Assembly (NCBI GenBank): GCA_030706025.1
Contig: JAUZPJ010000001.1
Location: 1,122 to 65,121 of the forward strand
Reading direction: 5' to 3'
Source of the DNA: Bacillota bacterium
GTDB taxonomy: Bacteria; Bacillota; Desulfitobacteriia; Desulfitobacteriales; Desulfitobacteriaceae
Length of the DNA: 64,000 nucleotides
Shown: positions 55,126-64,000 of the stretch, piece after piece
Position numbering within the stretch: position 1 is the first letter of the stretch
Layout of the letters: every line of letters starts with the position of its first letter
The notes under the pieces: generated by a model
Database searches by the model: none
Told to the model about the DNA's origin: nothing
Seen by the model: only the letters and a program-made list of their open reading frames with translations
Translations under genes and position numbers: made by a program

Positions 55126-55320
55126 TTATGCTTCCATAGCTTCTTCATAAAAGGCTCTTGCTTCTTCGTGAGTCTCGAAGGTGTCAACATATTCATCGAA
55201 GTTTTTGTGCTCAGTGAATGGTGTTAGGTCGTCGCCTTCGTGGATTTCTGAAACCTCTGCAAATACATGACCGTTGTCGTAGTAGCGTTGAGTGACTTTG
55301 AATTTTTTCATTTTGTTCAT
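55126..55320 (-). CDS. Small acidic hypothetical protein
   Basis: GGAGG RBS; Glu/Asp-rich. Confidence 0.5.
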   Translation of the reverse strand: MNKMKKFKVTQRYYDNGHVFAEVSEIHEGDDLTPFTEHKNFDEYVDTFETHEEARAFYEEAMEA

Positions 55321-55631
55321 TGTGCAACCCTCCTATTTCTGTTAATCCTTGTTTCTCTGTCGATATATTCAGGGGTTGTATAAAGGACTTTTTCCTTACC
55401 ACAAACAATCTCAACGATTGAAAAGATTTTATTATCAGTTGTTGAATAGTGGTATTTATTACCCGTTACCAGTTCGAGAGTTTCACCTAATCCGCAAAAG
55501 TAAAATGTCCTTGTATTTTTCACACCTTCTGGATTATTAAAGTTTTCTGGTTCCTCATGAGCTTCTTGAATTTTCAATAAAGCATCGATCATTCTTTCTA
55601 AGGTTTTTTCTTTAATTTCCCTCTTTGTCAT
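55317..55631 (-). CDS. Hypothetical protein
   Basis: GAGGT RBS before MTKREIKEK (ORF track starts 55697). Confidence 0.5.
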   Translation of the reverse strand: MTKREIKEKTLERMIDALLKIQEAHEEPENFNNPEGVKNTRTFYFCGLGETLELVTGNKYHYSTTDNKIFSIVEIVCGKEKVLYTTPEYIDRETRINRNRRVAQ

Positions 55632-55660
55632 TTGACCGACCTCACTTTCAATTGATTTAT

Positions 55661-55697
55661 TGATACCATGATACCACGATACCAAATGATATGTCAA
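55661..55697 (-). promoter_or_regulatory. Sigma-A promoter overlapped by three TGATACCA repeats
   Basis: Minus strand TTGACA (55692-55697) ... TGGTATCAT; repeats 55661-55684. Confidence 0.65.
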
Positions 55698-55783
55698 GGA
55701 TATTTTCTAAGGTTTTCAAACACAAAAAAACCGCTTATCATGCGGTTTCTAGAGTTTATATTAATTTTCTAGGAATTATTTTT

Positions 55784-55936
55784 CTAAAGTTTTTTACCCA
55801 AATATTCTTCAACCTTCTCGATAAAAAAGGTTTGTGCTGACTTATCGTCATCAATCAGTTTTTTCATAAATTCCTTATGTTTATCTAATGGAATGCGTAC
55901 TGGAATAGTCTTGAAGTCTTTTTCTGTTGCTGGCAA
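55784..55936 (-). CDS. RHH protein, ParG/omega-like (not in ORF track)
   Basis: MPATEKDFKTIPVRIPLDKHKEFMKKLIDDDKSAQTFFIEKVEEYLGKKL; GAGGTG RBS. Confidence 0.65.
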   Translation of the reverse strand: MPATEKDFKTIPVRIPLDKHKEFMKKLIDDDKSAQTFFIEKVEEYLGKKL

Positions 55937-56183
55937 ATGGTATCACCTCTCTTTAGTATAATGATACCATGATACTATAGTTTTAATCAAGAAAATCTAA
56001 CTGCTCGACTGTCAACTAAAAGAATCATAAATCATTGGCCGGCAGAGAAACAAATCCTTGAGTGATTAGAGAGCAGGGAAAAGATTCTACATAGAAATAC
56101 ACTCAAATTAAATTAAAACATCCGCAAACAGCTTATACGTGCTGTGAGGATAAATTATTAATCTTATTAGAAGGTGATTTATT

Positions 56184-56741
56184 ATGGCTGCTGCTGTAGG
56201 AAATCAATATGCGTTGGGCTGCACGAATAGCGGCAGACCTGCAAAGTACAAAACACCTGAAGAAATGCAGATCGTTATTGATAAGTATTTTGAGGATTGC
56301 AAAGGCGAAATGCTTATTAATAAAGAAACTGGCGAGCCAATTCTAAATAAGTACGATGATCCTATTTATACAGGGGCAAAGCCGCCAACTATTACAGGAT
56401 TGGCTTTAGCATTGGGATTTAATACCAGATTATCATTATTAAACTATCAGGACAAAAAAGAATTTATGAACACGATTTCTCAAGCCAAGTCTAGAATAGA
56501 GGAATATGCAGAGACTAGGCTCTTTGATCGTGATGGGGTTAATGGTGCTAAATTCAGCCTAACGAACAACTTTAAAGGCTGGAAGGAGACTCAAGGTATA
56601 GAGATAACCGGTGCCGATGGTGGGCCGATCTTATTAAATCAAATCTCTGCCCTATCTGATGCCGACCTTAAACAACTCGAAGAGATCATGGCACGAAGTC
56701 AGATCCAAGGGGAAATAGTGGATATTGAGCCTTCTGAATAA
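56184..56741 (+). CDS. terS: Terminase small subunit
   Basis: GNQYALG..GRPAKYKTPEE, PTITGLALALG, GAKFSLTNNF.GW, EITGADGGPI. Confidence 0.85.
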   Translation: MAAAVGNQYALGCTNSGRPAKYKTPEEMQIVIDKYFEDCKGEMLINKETGEPILNKYDDPIYTGAKPPTITGLALALGFNTRLSLLNYQDKKEFMNTISQAKSRIEEYAETRLFDRDGVNGAKFSLTNNFKGWKETQGIEITGADGGPILLNQISALSDADLKQLEEIMARSQIQGEIVDIEPSE

Positions 56742-57345
56742 AAACTTTAAAGAAGCGTTATTTTCAAAAGTTTTTAATCCATTGAATAGCCTTGTTCATC
56801 AAGTCCGATATGCTTAAATTTGCATCGTTTCCGATTCAATATAGTCTAGTAGGGGCCAGGTCTTTTCTTCTTCTCTCTGTCTTTTTCTTTTGCCTTGTCC
56901 TGGCAGCGGCAGCGACCCTCCTTGACTATCTTGGTTTCTCTGACTTTATGGTTTTTGAATTTGACCCTCCCCATACCCACGAACCACCAGCTCGGCTAAA
57001 GGTCGATTTATATAACTATTACTCTAACAATTTCTAACCATTTTATTACCAACAAATACTAATGTTTTGCTTAATGATAAAAAATGAAAATAGAATGATA
57101 CCCCCCATACACCCAAAAACAACTTAGGTACTTAAAATAAAAGTGACCACCTTTTTATATATAAGTTTTGGATGAACTAAAGACCGATCCATGCATTTCT
57201 ACCAAGTATACTATATGTAGGTTTGCATGGCCTTATTAATCAAAGGCTTACGTATCAATGGTTTCAGCATTTTTAACCCCTCAAAATTTAGGTGCAAAAT
57301 CGGTCAAAAATGCACCCGTAAAATGAGGTTTTCGGAGGTGTATTT

Positions 57346-57876
57346 ATGGGCTTCAGGGAGACTATTTATTATGATGACGAAGGTAAGGAAACTGGAAAAA
57401 AGAAGATATACCTTCCCGATAGGTTTGATGATAAGAAGGGTTATCTATTTTGGAATCAGACTAACTTTGTGAAAACATTCCAAGATGTTGAATTACCAAA
57501 AGAGTTGAGAAAGGTTGATATTGCCAACCTTTTTTTGTTGAGTAAAAAAGTGTACGCAGATACTAATATGATTGGATACCGGGGTAATGGTGGAAGTCCA
57601 AGGCCTATGACAATTAACCAGATGTCTGAGGTAATTAAGGATACAGAAAGGCACACCACTACGTTTATAAAGCGAATGATTAAGGCTAGGATCATTGCAA
57701 AAATTGACGTAAAAATTGGTGACGATAAAACGATTCAATATTATTTTAATCCAATTTATTTTTTCAGTAGTAATCGTCTTTCGCTTAATTTATATGCATT
57801 ATTCCAAAAAGACTTAGACCCATTTTTATCTAACTATGCCAAACAAAGATTTAGTAAGTTGATGGTGGTTAAATAG
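57346..57876 (+). CDS. RepL-like winged-helix protein
   Basis: Central HTH (TINQMSEVI..TERH) and YYFNPIYFF motif resembling Firmicute plasmid RepL. Confidence 0.5.
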   Translation: MGFRETIYYDDEGKETGKKKIYLPDRFDDKKGYLFWNQTNFVKTFQDVELPKELRKVDIANLFLLSKKVYADTNMIGYRGNGGSPRPMTINQMSEVIKDTERHTTTFIKRMIKARIIAKIDVKIGDDKTIQYYFNPIYFFSSNRLSLNLYALFQKDLDPFLSNYAKQRFSKLMVVK

Positions 57877-58174
57877 GGGTTCCTTCCCGGTAACCTATCT
57901 TCCTAATTGTTGTTCGTTCGTTCCTCACTCTTCTTTTTAGTTCAAATACATAAATTTTAAGCCATTTTTAACTTGTCCACCATTCAGTACAGGTAATGAA
58001 ATAGTAAATGTAGTGTGAAACGTTCTAATCAACGTTTAAGACTAGTCTTGGAGGATAACCCATGCAGGAAAACAGATCTTGTGCCAAATTCAAACCACTT
58101 GAAATGGGTCTTAGATGCAATTGTACCAATTGTAAACGATGGAATATAACATAGCATAGATGTCGTGAAGAAAT

Positions 58175-59854
58175 ATGGGTGAAGGAATGGTTGCAATGGC
58201 AGTAAAGGGTGATGGATCAAAAAAAGAAAGAGTCAAAAAAGATACTGCCAAAAATCCAGTTGAACAAACTGAAACACCTCTAAAACAAGATAAGAAACCA
58301 AGAATTAAACCTAGTGAATTGCCGACTTTGGATGCAGTTCGGCAGGAATTGGGGAGAAGAAGTTGCCAATATTTCACTGAAAAATTCGTTAAGATTGAGG
58401 ACCGTGATTCTGCTGAATTGGCGGTTCCTTTTACTTTGTGGCCAGGCCAAATACAAGCGTTAGAAACTTTTCTGAATAACAGGCTGAACATTGTTCTAAA
58501 AGCTCGTCAATTAGGACTCACGTGGTTAGCATTGGCTTATTCAGTTTGGAAAATGATTCATCAACCTGGTTATGCTGTTGTTGCTATGTCAAAACGTGAA
58601 GAGGATTCTAAAGAATTATCTAGACGCGTTGGATTTATTCTTAAATATCTTCCTGCAACAATGATTCGAGAGAAAAAGACTGCTGGTAAATGGAATGGCC
58701 CAACATGGGAAGCAACAACTTTAGTTGTTACCATCAACCATCCTGGAAAAGAACCAAGTGTTTTTAATTCCTTGACTGCAGCACAAGATTCAGGACGTTC
58801 ACTAACCGCAAGTTTGGTAATTCTTGATGAATGGGCGTTTCAACAATGGGCAAGGGAAATCTGGGCAGCAGCATACCCAACTATTAACCGTCCAACGGGC
58901 GGTCAAGTTATTGGGTTAAGTACAGCCAAGCGCATGACTCTTTACGAAGAAATATGGCGCAAAGCAACACAGGGAGTTAATACATTCGCAAGAGTGTTTC
59001 TTCCGTGGAGTACAGATCCTAGACGTACAGAGGAATGGTATGAACAGACCAGAAAAGACTTAGGCGAACAGAAAACAAAGGAAGAGTACCCAAATACTCC
59101 TGAAGAAGCATTTTCTGCAGCAGAAGGTGTTGCGTTTCCTGAGTTTAGTTATGATCTTCATGTTGTCAAACCGTTTGACATACCTGCTCATTGGCGCAAA
59201 TGGAGATCTGCTGATAATGGATATACTGATCCGTTTGCTTGGTACTGGTATGCAGTAGATGAATTTGGGACCGTTTATGTTTATAGGGAGTACACAAGGG
59301 ACCCAAAAGAACCAAAAGTAAGTTATTCAGATCAAGCTAGGCAAGTAACTCTTAAAACAGGAAATGAACATATTGGTTTTACTGTAGTTGGTCATGATGC
59401 ATGGGCAGTTAATCCTCTCACAAGAAGCAATAATACTCCACAAGGTAAATCGATAATTGATTTCTATATTGAGGGTGGCGTAAAAGATTGTATCAGAGCT
59501 GTTACAGACCGTATTTTCAGAAAGGCAACTATTCACGAATATCTTAAGCCTTATTTTGATGAAAATGCCGAAGTAATGACGAGCAAGGTTAAGATATTTA
59601 GCACTTGCGAGAAGTTGGTTGAAACATTGCCTCAAATGTTGATTGACGACCGTGACCCTGAAAAATATCAGGAAAACGACATAGATCATTGGGTAGATAG
59701 TTTTGGTTATGGAATCATTTCTCATCATTCCAATAAGACGATGTTGGAAGAGAGAAAGGTTAATTACGATAAGCTTCCTGAAGACATAATTGAAGATCTT
59801 GAGAGAGCTGATCCTAAAATGAGAGAGTATATTTTATCAAAGGTTGGTAGATAA
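58175..59854 (+). CDS. terL: Terminase large subunit
   Basis: LKARQLGLT Walker A, VILDEWAF Walker B, RSADNGY and DHWVDS nuclease motifs; start may be 58196. Confidence 0.93.
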   Translation: MGEGMVAMAVKGDGSKKERVKKDTAKNPVEQTETPLKQDKKPRIKPSELPTLDAVRQELGRRSCQYFTEKFVKIEDRDSAELAVPFTLWPGQIQALETFLNNRLNIVLKARQLGLTWLALAYSVWKMIHQPGYAVVAMSKREEDSKELSRRVGFILKYLPATMIREKKTAGKWNGPTWEATTLVVTINHPGKEPSVFNSLTAAQDSGRSLTASLVILDEWAFQQWAREIWAAAYPTINRPTGGQVIGLSTAKRMTLYEEIWRKATQGVNTFARVFLPWSTDPRRTEEWYEQTRKDLGEQKTKEEYPNTPEEAFSAAEGVAFPEFSYDLHVVKPFDIPAHWRKWRSADNGYTDPFAWYWYAVDEFGTVYVYREYTRDPKEPKVSYSDQARQVTLKTGNEHIGFTVVGHDAWAVNPLTRSNNTPQGKSIIDFYIEGGVKDCIRAVTDRIFRKATIHEYLKPYFDENAEVMTSKVKIFSTCEKLVETLPQMLIDDRDPEKYQENDIDHWVDSFGYGIISHHSNKTMLEERKVNYDKLPEDIIEDLERADPKMREYILSKVGR

Positions 59855-59934
59855 CCATAAATTTACTAAATGCGAATTTCAAGTATCCTATTGGGTACTT
59901 TTTTTATGCCCATTTTTGAGAGGGGTGATAACCA

Positions 59935-62136
59935 TTGCTTGACAAACTTAAACAGCTAGGGGGTGGTATTATTAGCAAGGTTAAATCTTCAATAGAACAA
60001 TCAAAATCAGACCAAGAACAAAACCTACGTCTAAAAAATTGGCAAGACAAACTCGCATTAGCCCTTAATGGGGCAAACTTAACTCTTCGCGACGAACGCG
60101 AAATGATCTATCTTGGAACGGCTGATGTTGATAAGAATATAAATAGTACCAATATGCAGAACGGAAAGAGAAAGAAAGCAAATAACGTCGTTAATCTAGT
60201 TCTTGAGTTCATCGAAACAAATGTCGATGCGACAATACCTCAACCCTCAGTAAGAACTAAATTACCTGGTTATGAAGCTCAAGCATCAATGATAGAGGAC
60301 AGTCTAACGAGCGACATAACAGAACTTGGCATAACTGCCATTAATGATATCAATGAGCGCATAACCCCTGTTCAAGGATTCTCGGCTATGTTAGTTGGGT
60401 GGAATCCTGATTTCAAACACCATCTTTATCGTGGAGAGTTAACTATAGAGTCAATCCATCCGAAGCGAATAATCCCGCAGCCAGGAGTTTGGGATTTGCA
60501 GAAGATGGATTATTTCTTTATCCTTTCTTCGGTTACAAAGTCCTTTATCAAGAAGCGATATGGAGTTGACTTAGAGAGTGAAGGGGATCAATTTCCTGGT
60601 TTCAATTCCATAAATACAAATGCTTCTCAGCCCCATAATCCCGATATATTAACCGAAATTGTATGTTGGTACAAAAACGAAGATGGGGAAATTTCTAAGT
60701 TCGTTTGGTGTGATAACGAAATTCTTGAGGACTTACCTAACTTCTTTGCTCGACGGATTAACGGAAAAATTGAGACAGAGGAAACCCTCGGAAATGATGT
60801 TACTTTATCGAGTGGAGAAGTTTTGAAAGCTGGAACAAAAGTTCCCTACTTCACGCCGACACGTTATCCTCTTATCGTTCGCGAAAACATCCCTTTAAAC
60901 TTCGCGTTTGGCGGTCAATCAGATGTCGATGTCATTCGTGACCAACAAGATGCAATGAAGAAAGTTGTATCTACTATTGAGGAAAAGATCATGCGTGGTA
61001 GTGCGGTTGTAACTGCATTAGATGGACATCGTTTCAATCTCACAAATGATCTTTACGCCGTTATCCGTGGTTCCCAGGCTGAACTTAATGCTCTTAATGT
61101 CAAGAATCTATCCGCAGACATTAGTCAGGATCTTGTTTTTGCTCAACAACAGTACAAGGCAGCACAAAGTACCCTTGGAATAACAAATAGTTTTCAAGGA
61201 AAATCAGACTCCACGGCTGTTAGTGGTATTGCAAAACAAATTCAGGTTAATCAATCAAGTGGTCGCCTTCGATCCAAGGAGGCTAATAAATACGAAGCAT
61301 ACAAGCAGCTATACGAGACTTTGTTTGAATTCAAATTATCATTTTATGATGAGTTAAGACCATATGTAACAAAGGATGCAAACGGTCAGGATAGTTATGG
61401 AGATTTCAATAAGTATGCCTTTTTAGTTAGGGATAAGGCCGGTCAACTTTACTACAATACAGATTTTATATTTCATGCTGATGCAGGGGCAGGACTTCCT
61501 AGAGATAAGATGTGGCTATTTAGTCAGTCAACAGAGATGCTAAAATATGGGGCTTATAATCCGGGTCCAGCAGCAATTACTTATTGGACTCAACTTGTTA
61601 ATCAAAAGTTCCCGAATGCAAAAATAATTCTTGATACGATTAACCAAAATTGGCAAATGCAAATGCAAATGCGGTTGTCTGCAGCTCCACCTAAAGAAAC
61701 GATCAATTACAAAGATCTTAGTCCAGAAGCACAAGTTCAAATGCTACAAAAGATCGGTATTAATGTACCGCCTTCTGACACAACAACTGAAGATCGCATA
61801 ACTGAAACTGTAGCATTTAAGGATCTCCCTCCATTTGCTCAGATGAAAATGCTCGATAATATGGGCATTGGATTAAATTCAGGTCAACAAGGGCAACAAC
61901 AAGTTTTAAATCAATCATTAGGACAGTCGCCAGTTCCGCAGAGTCAACAAGGTCAAATTAACCCACAAGCTAATCCTCAACAACTCTTGCAAAGTGCAGG
62001 GCAACAACCAGAACCGAATGTTCAACAACTTATTCAGGAAGCATTCAAGCATATGACACCCGAAGAACAGGCGAAGTTCAAGAGTTTGCCTGATGATTTA
62101 AAGATAAGAATTCTTCAAGAGATGATCCAGGGATGA
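59935..62136 (+). CDS. Portal protein (P22-like, Gln-rich C-terminus)
   Basis: 733 aa after terL; FGGQSDVDVIRDQQD, LGIT.SFQG..SG.A motifs. Confidence 0.85.
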   Translation: MLDKLKQLGGGIISKVKSSIEQSKSDQEQNLRLKNWQDKLALALNGANLTLRDEREMIYLGTADVDKNINSTNMQNGKRKKANNVVNLVLEFIETNVDATIPQPSVRTKLPGYEAQASMIEDSLTSDITELGITAINDINERITPVQGFSAMLVGWNPDFKHHLYRGELTIESIHPKRIIPQPGVWDLQKMDYFFILSSVTKSFIKKRYGVDLESEGDQFPGFNSINTNASQPHNPDILTEIVCWYKNEDGEISKFVWCDNEILEDLPNFFARRINGKIETEETLGNDVTLSSGEVLKAGTKVPYFTPTRYPLIVRENIPLNFAFGGQSDVDVIRDQQDAMKKVVSTIEEKIMRGSAVVTALDGHRFNLTNDLYAVIRGSQAELNALNVKNLSADISQDLVFAQQQYKAAQSTLGITNSFQGKSDSTAVSGIAKQIQVNQSSGRLRSKEANKYEAYKQLYETLFEFKLSFYDELRPYVTKDANGQDSYGDFNKYAFLVRDKAGQLYYNTDFIFHADAGAGLPRDKMWLFSQSTEMLKYGAYNPGPAAITYWTQLVNQKFPNAKIILDTINQNWQMQMQMRLSAAPPKETINYKDLSPEAQVQMLQKIGINVPPSDTTTEDRITETVAFKDLPPFAQMKMLDNMGIGLNSGQQGQQQVLNQSLGQSPVPQSQQGQINPQANPQQLLQSAGQQPEPNVQQLIQEAFKHMTPEEQAKFKSLPDDLKIRILQEMIQG

Positions 62137-62165
62137 CAATAAAAAAATTAAGGAGATGTTCAGTG

Positions 62166-62438
62166 ATGGCAAAGAAACAAACTGGAAAATCAATTCAAAA
62201 GGTAACGAAGTCTACAAAGGGAGCAACAAAACAAGGTATGCCAATGATGCCGCCAATGGGTAATATGGGTGGACAAAGTGGATTGCCTAAAGGAAAATCG
62301 CAACCTTCCACACCAACTCCCCCTAAGGGTAAAAAACCCATGCTCAAGATTGATATTATGATGGCTAAGGCTGCTCCTGGAATTGGATCAAACGGAAAAC
62401 CGGTAAAAGGCGGTAAGAAAAATGGCAAAGGTAAGTAA
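62166..62438 (+). CDS. Highly basic Lys/Gly/Pro/Met-rich small protein
   Basis: AAGGAG RBS before MAKKQTGK (ORF track starts 62133). Confidence 0.5.
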   Translation: MAKKQTGKSIQKVTKSTKGATKQGMPMMPPMGNMGGQSGLPKGKSQPSTPTPPKGKKPMLKIDIMMAKAAPGIGSNGKPVKGGKKNGKGK

Positions 62439-62520
62439 ACATCCTGGGTCCGTGCAAGAATTTTGCACTAAAGAAATGGAAGCATTAAAACAAGTTTCAA
62501 AGATGAAAGGTTGAGTTTAA

Positions 62521-62973
62521 GTGGAAAAATATATTGGAACAAAGATTATCGAGGCAGAACCTATAAATCTCGGTGACTACAACAAATCAAGAGGATGGAC
62601 AATTCCAGAGAATGAAGATCCATTAAGAGAGGGATATAGAGTAATTTATCCTGATGGTTACGTCAGTTGGTCACCAAAAGAAATCTTCGAAGAGGCTTAT
62701 CGCAAAACTGATGGATTAACCTTCGGTCTTGCCGTGGAAGCCTTAAGAAAGGGGAAAAAATTAGAACGTACCGGATGGAATGGCAAAGGAATGTTCGTTT
62801 ATTATGTTCCTCCTGCTTGCTATGATACACAAACAGAAGTAGCTAAAAAAGAATTCGGACATAAAGCACTTTATAACGCCTATCTAGCGATAAAAAATTT
62901 AAACGGAACAGTTAGCACATGGGTTCCATCAATCAATGATGTTCTAGCAGGAGATTGGCGCATAGTCGAATAA
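62521..62973 (+). CDS. DUF2829 / Tad2-like anti-defence sponge fused to an N-terminal domain
   Basis: C-half TFGLAVEALRKG..RTGWNGKGMF...WVPSINDVLAGDW matches the Tad2 signature. Confidence 0.8.
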   Translation: MEKYIGTKIIEAEPINLGDYNKSRGWTIPENEDPLREGYRVIYPDGYVSWSPKEIFEEAYRKTDGLTFGLAVEALRKGKKLERTGWNGKGMFVYYVPPACYDTQTEVAKKEFGHKALYNAYLAIKNLNGTVSTWVPSINDVLAGDWRIVE

Positions 62974-63041
62974 TTTACCAAACACAAAAGCCAATAGGCT
63001 TTTTTCTATTTTAGCTCTTATTGAAAGCGAGGTGAAAAACT

Positions 63042-63182
63042 ATGGCAAACAAAACAAATTCCCAAGATGCAAACTACTCCATTCCCCAAAACAGTGCAGG
63101 ATATGTTGCTGCTAAAAGCATCAATAAAAAGAATCCTGCACCGGTCAAAACTACCGGCAAAGACCTTCGTTCTGGAAAATAA
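63042..63182 (+). CDS. Small basic head-module protein (not in ORF track)
   Basis: GAGGTG RBS; MANKTNSQD...TGKDLRSGK, 46 aa. Confidence 0.55.
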   Translation: MANKTNSQDANYSIPQNSAGYVAAKSINKKNPAPVKTTGKDLRSGK

Positions 63183-63286
63183 GGCGGCAATACAAGTCGC
63201 CTTTTCTTTTGCCTAATTTGGGGCAGGGTTCATCTTCCTCATAGATGCAATACGTGGGCGCACGCATACGCAAAGGAGAAAATAAC

Positions 63287-64000
63287 ATGCGAAAATTATC
63301 ATTCATTGCTATGAATTTACAGCTTTTTGCTGAAGAAGGCGGCGCAAGTGGGGGTGTCGCTGCTCCCCAGGGAACAGAAGGATCATCAAGTGTCCAATCA
63401 TCAGGAGAAAATACCGGAAGCGTAACCGGGACAGAAGGTAGTAGTAGCCAAGGAACCCAAGTAAATGAAGGAGTGCAGGGAACCGAAGGAACACCTTCTA
63501 GTGGTACTGAGTCCGCTACTCAGACTAAGCAAACTCCTGAACAAAATGCCGCCTTTGCAGAGATGAGAAGAAAAGCAGAAGCGGCCGAAAAACGTGCTAT
63601 GGAAATCGAGGCACAACGTCAACGAGATATCGAAATTGCTAAAAAATATGGTCAATACGGTATCTATTCCGATGCTGATGTAGCAGAGAAGTATGGTAAG
63701 TCTCATGGATTAAAGACCGTAGCCGATTTTGAAGCACAGTTACAGCGTGAAGAATATCAAGCCAAGGGCATTGACCCAGACATGATTAAGAAGTTGGTTG
63801 ACGAGCATCCTGCCATTAAAAGTGCACAACAAGCTCAAGTTGCAGCGGCTAAAGCACAAATGGACAGATTTCTCGTTGATAATTTTAATGATTTAACAAA
63901 AGAATTCTCGGAAATAGTCAAAGCTGAAGATGTACCGGCTGATGTTTGGCGTTTGTGGAGAAATGGAGAATCTGGGATATCCCTCAAACAAGCATATGTC
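63287..64000 (+). CDS. Capsid scaffolding protein (3' partial; not in ORF track)
   Basis: AAAGGAG RBS; MRKLSFIAMNLQLFAEEGG..., low-complexity region, then QTPEQNAAFAEMRRKAE; open to the window end. Confidence 0.8.
   Translation, partial: MRKLSFIAMNLQLFAEEGGASGGVAAPQGTEGSSSVQSSGENTGSVTGTEGSSSQGTQVNEGVQGTEGTPSSGTESATQTKQTPEQNAAFAEMRRKAEAAEKRAMEIEAQRQRDIEIAKKYGQYGIYSDADVAEKYGKSHGLKTVADFEAQLQREEYQAKGIDPDMIKKLVDEHPAIKSAQQAQVAAAKAQMDRFLVDNFNDLTKEFSEIVKAEDVPADVWRLWRNGESGISLKQAYV

Larger units (their letters stand above)
1..64000. mobile_element. Temperate bacteriophage (podovirus/P22-like morphogenesis genes) of a spore-forming Bacillota host; attP unrecombined; window is incomplete at both ends
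   Basis: Terminase, portal, scaffold, tail, lysis, integrase, repressor and replication modules in phage order; no host housekeeping genes. Confidence 0.95.

Noticed and set aside
52194-55320. Classical integron
   Set aside because: The hairpins lack RYYYAAC/GTTRRRY ends and the recombinase shows no obvious IntI-specific insertion.
55995-56080. Possible structured RNA upstream of terS (CTGCTC...GAGCAG)
   Set aside because: Only short pairings, with no second copy or recognisable family to support it.
6584-63706. Numerous short antisense or overlapping ORFs in the track (for example 7396-7683, 16119-16493, 21404-21769, 35707-35976, 58111-58491, 63401-63706)
   Set aside because: They are shadows of better-supported genes, with no RBS or recognisable motifs.
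1-64000. CRISPR array, tRNA or rRNA genes, reverse transcriptase / diversity-generating retroelement
   Set aside because: By eye I found no repeat-spacer array, cloverleaf, RT motif or TR/VR pair. tRNAscan and Infernal were not run.
1-64000. Genome-wide TGA recoding as an explanation for the UGA at 11924
   Set aside because: Many clear genes end in TGA followed by a new RBS or terminator (for example 6709, 14516, 19125), so TGA is normally a stop.

Overview
The whole window reads as temperate-phage DNA from a spore-forming Bacillota (Firmicutes) host. The evidence is GGAGG-type RBSs, sigma-A promoters, Spo0A and AbrB homologues, and Prp-type NLQLFA motifs. Gene order: (1-5.7 kb) sipho-like tail-tip genes, an SGNH hydrolase cassette, tandem RHH genes and a Xer-like tyrosine recombinase; (5.8-19.1 kb) a podovirus/P22-like tail and DNA-ejection module; (20.3-21.8 kb) lysis; (22-30 kb) accessory genes, including a minus-strand FtsK / replication-relaxation / M23 operon; (30.2-32.6 kb) an intact attP whose core is the 3' end of groEL, integrase and a CI/Cro/Xis switch; (32.6-51.8 kb) early, recombination and replication genes ending in an ArpU/RinA-type activator; (52-56 kb) an inverted island with a third tyrosine recombinase; (56-64 kb) terminase, portal, a Tad2-like sponge and scaffold. 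The most notable observations are: a tail-module gene with an in-frame UGA followed by a bacterial-SECIS-like hairpin (candidate phage selenoprotein); two HNH genes each led by the same pseudoknotted RNA fold and ending in a sliding-clamp-binding motif; a possible sporulation-linked DNA-transfer operon; and an inverted-repeat-flanked virion cassette beside a recombinase with a candidate antisense sRNA. All calls are by-eye motif recognition and no database search was run.
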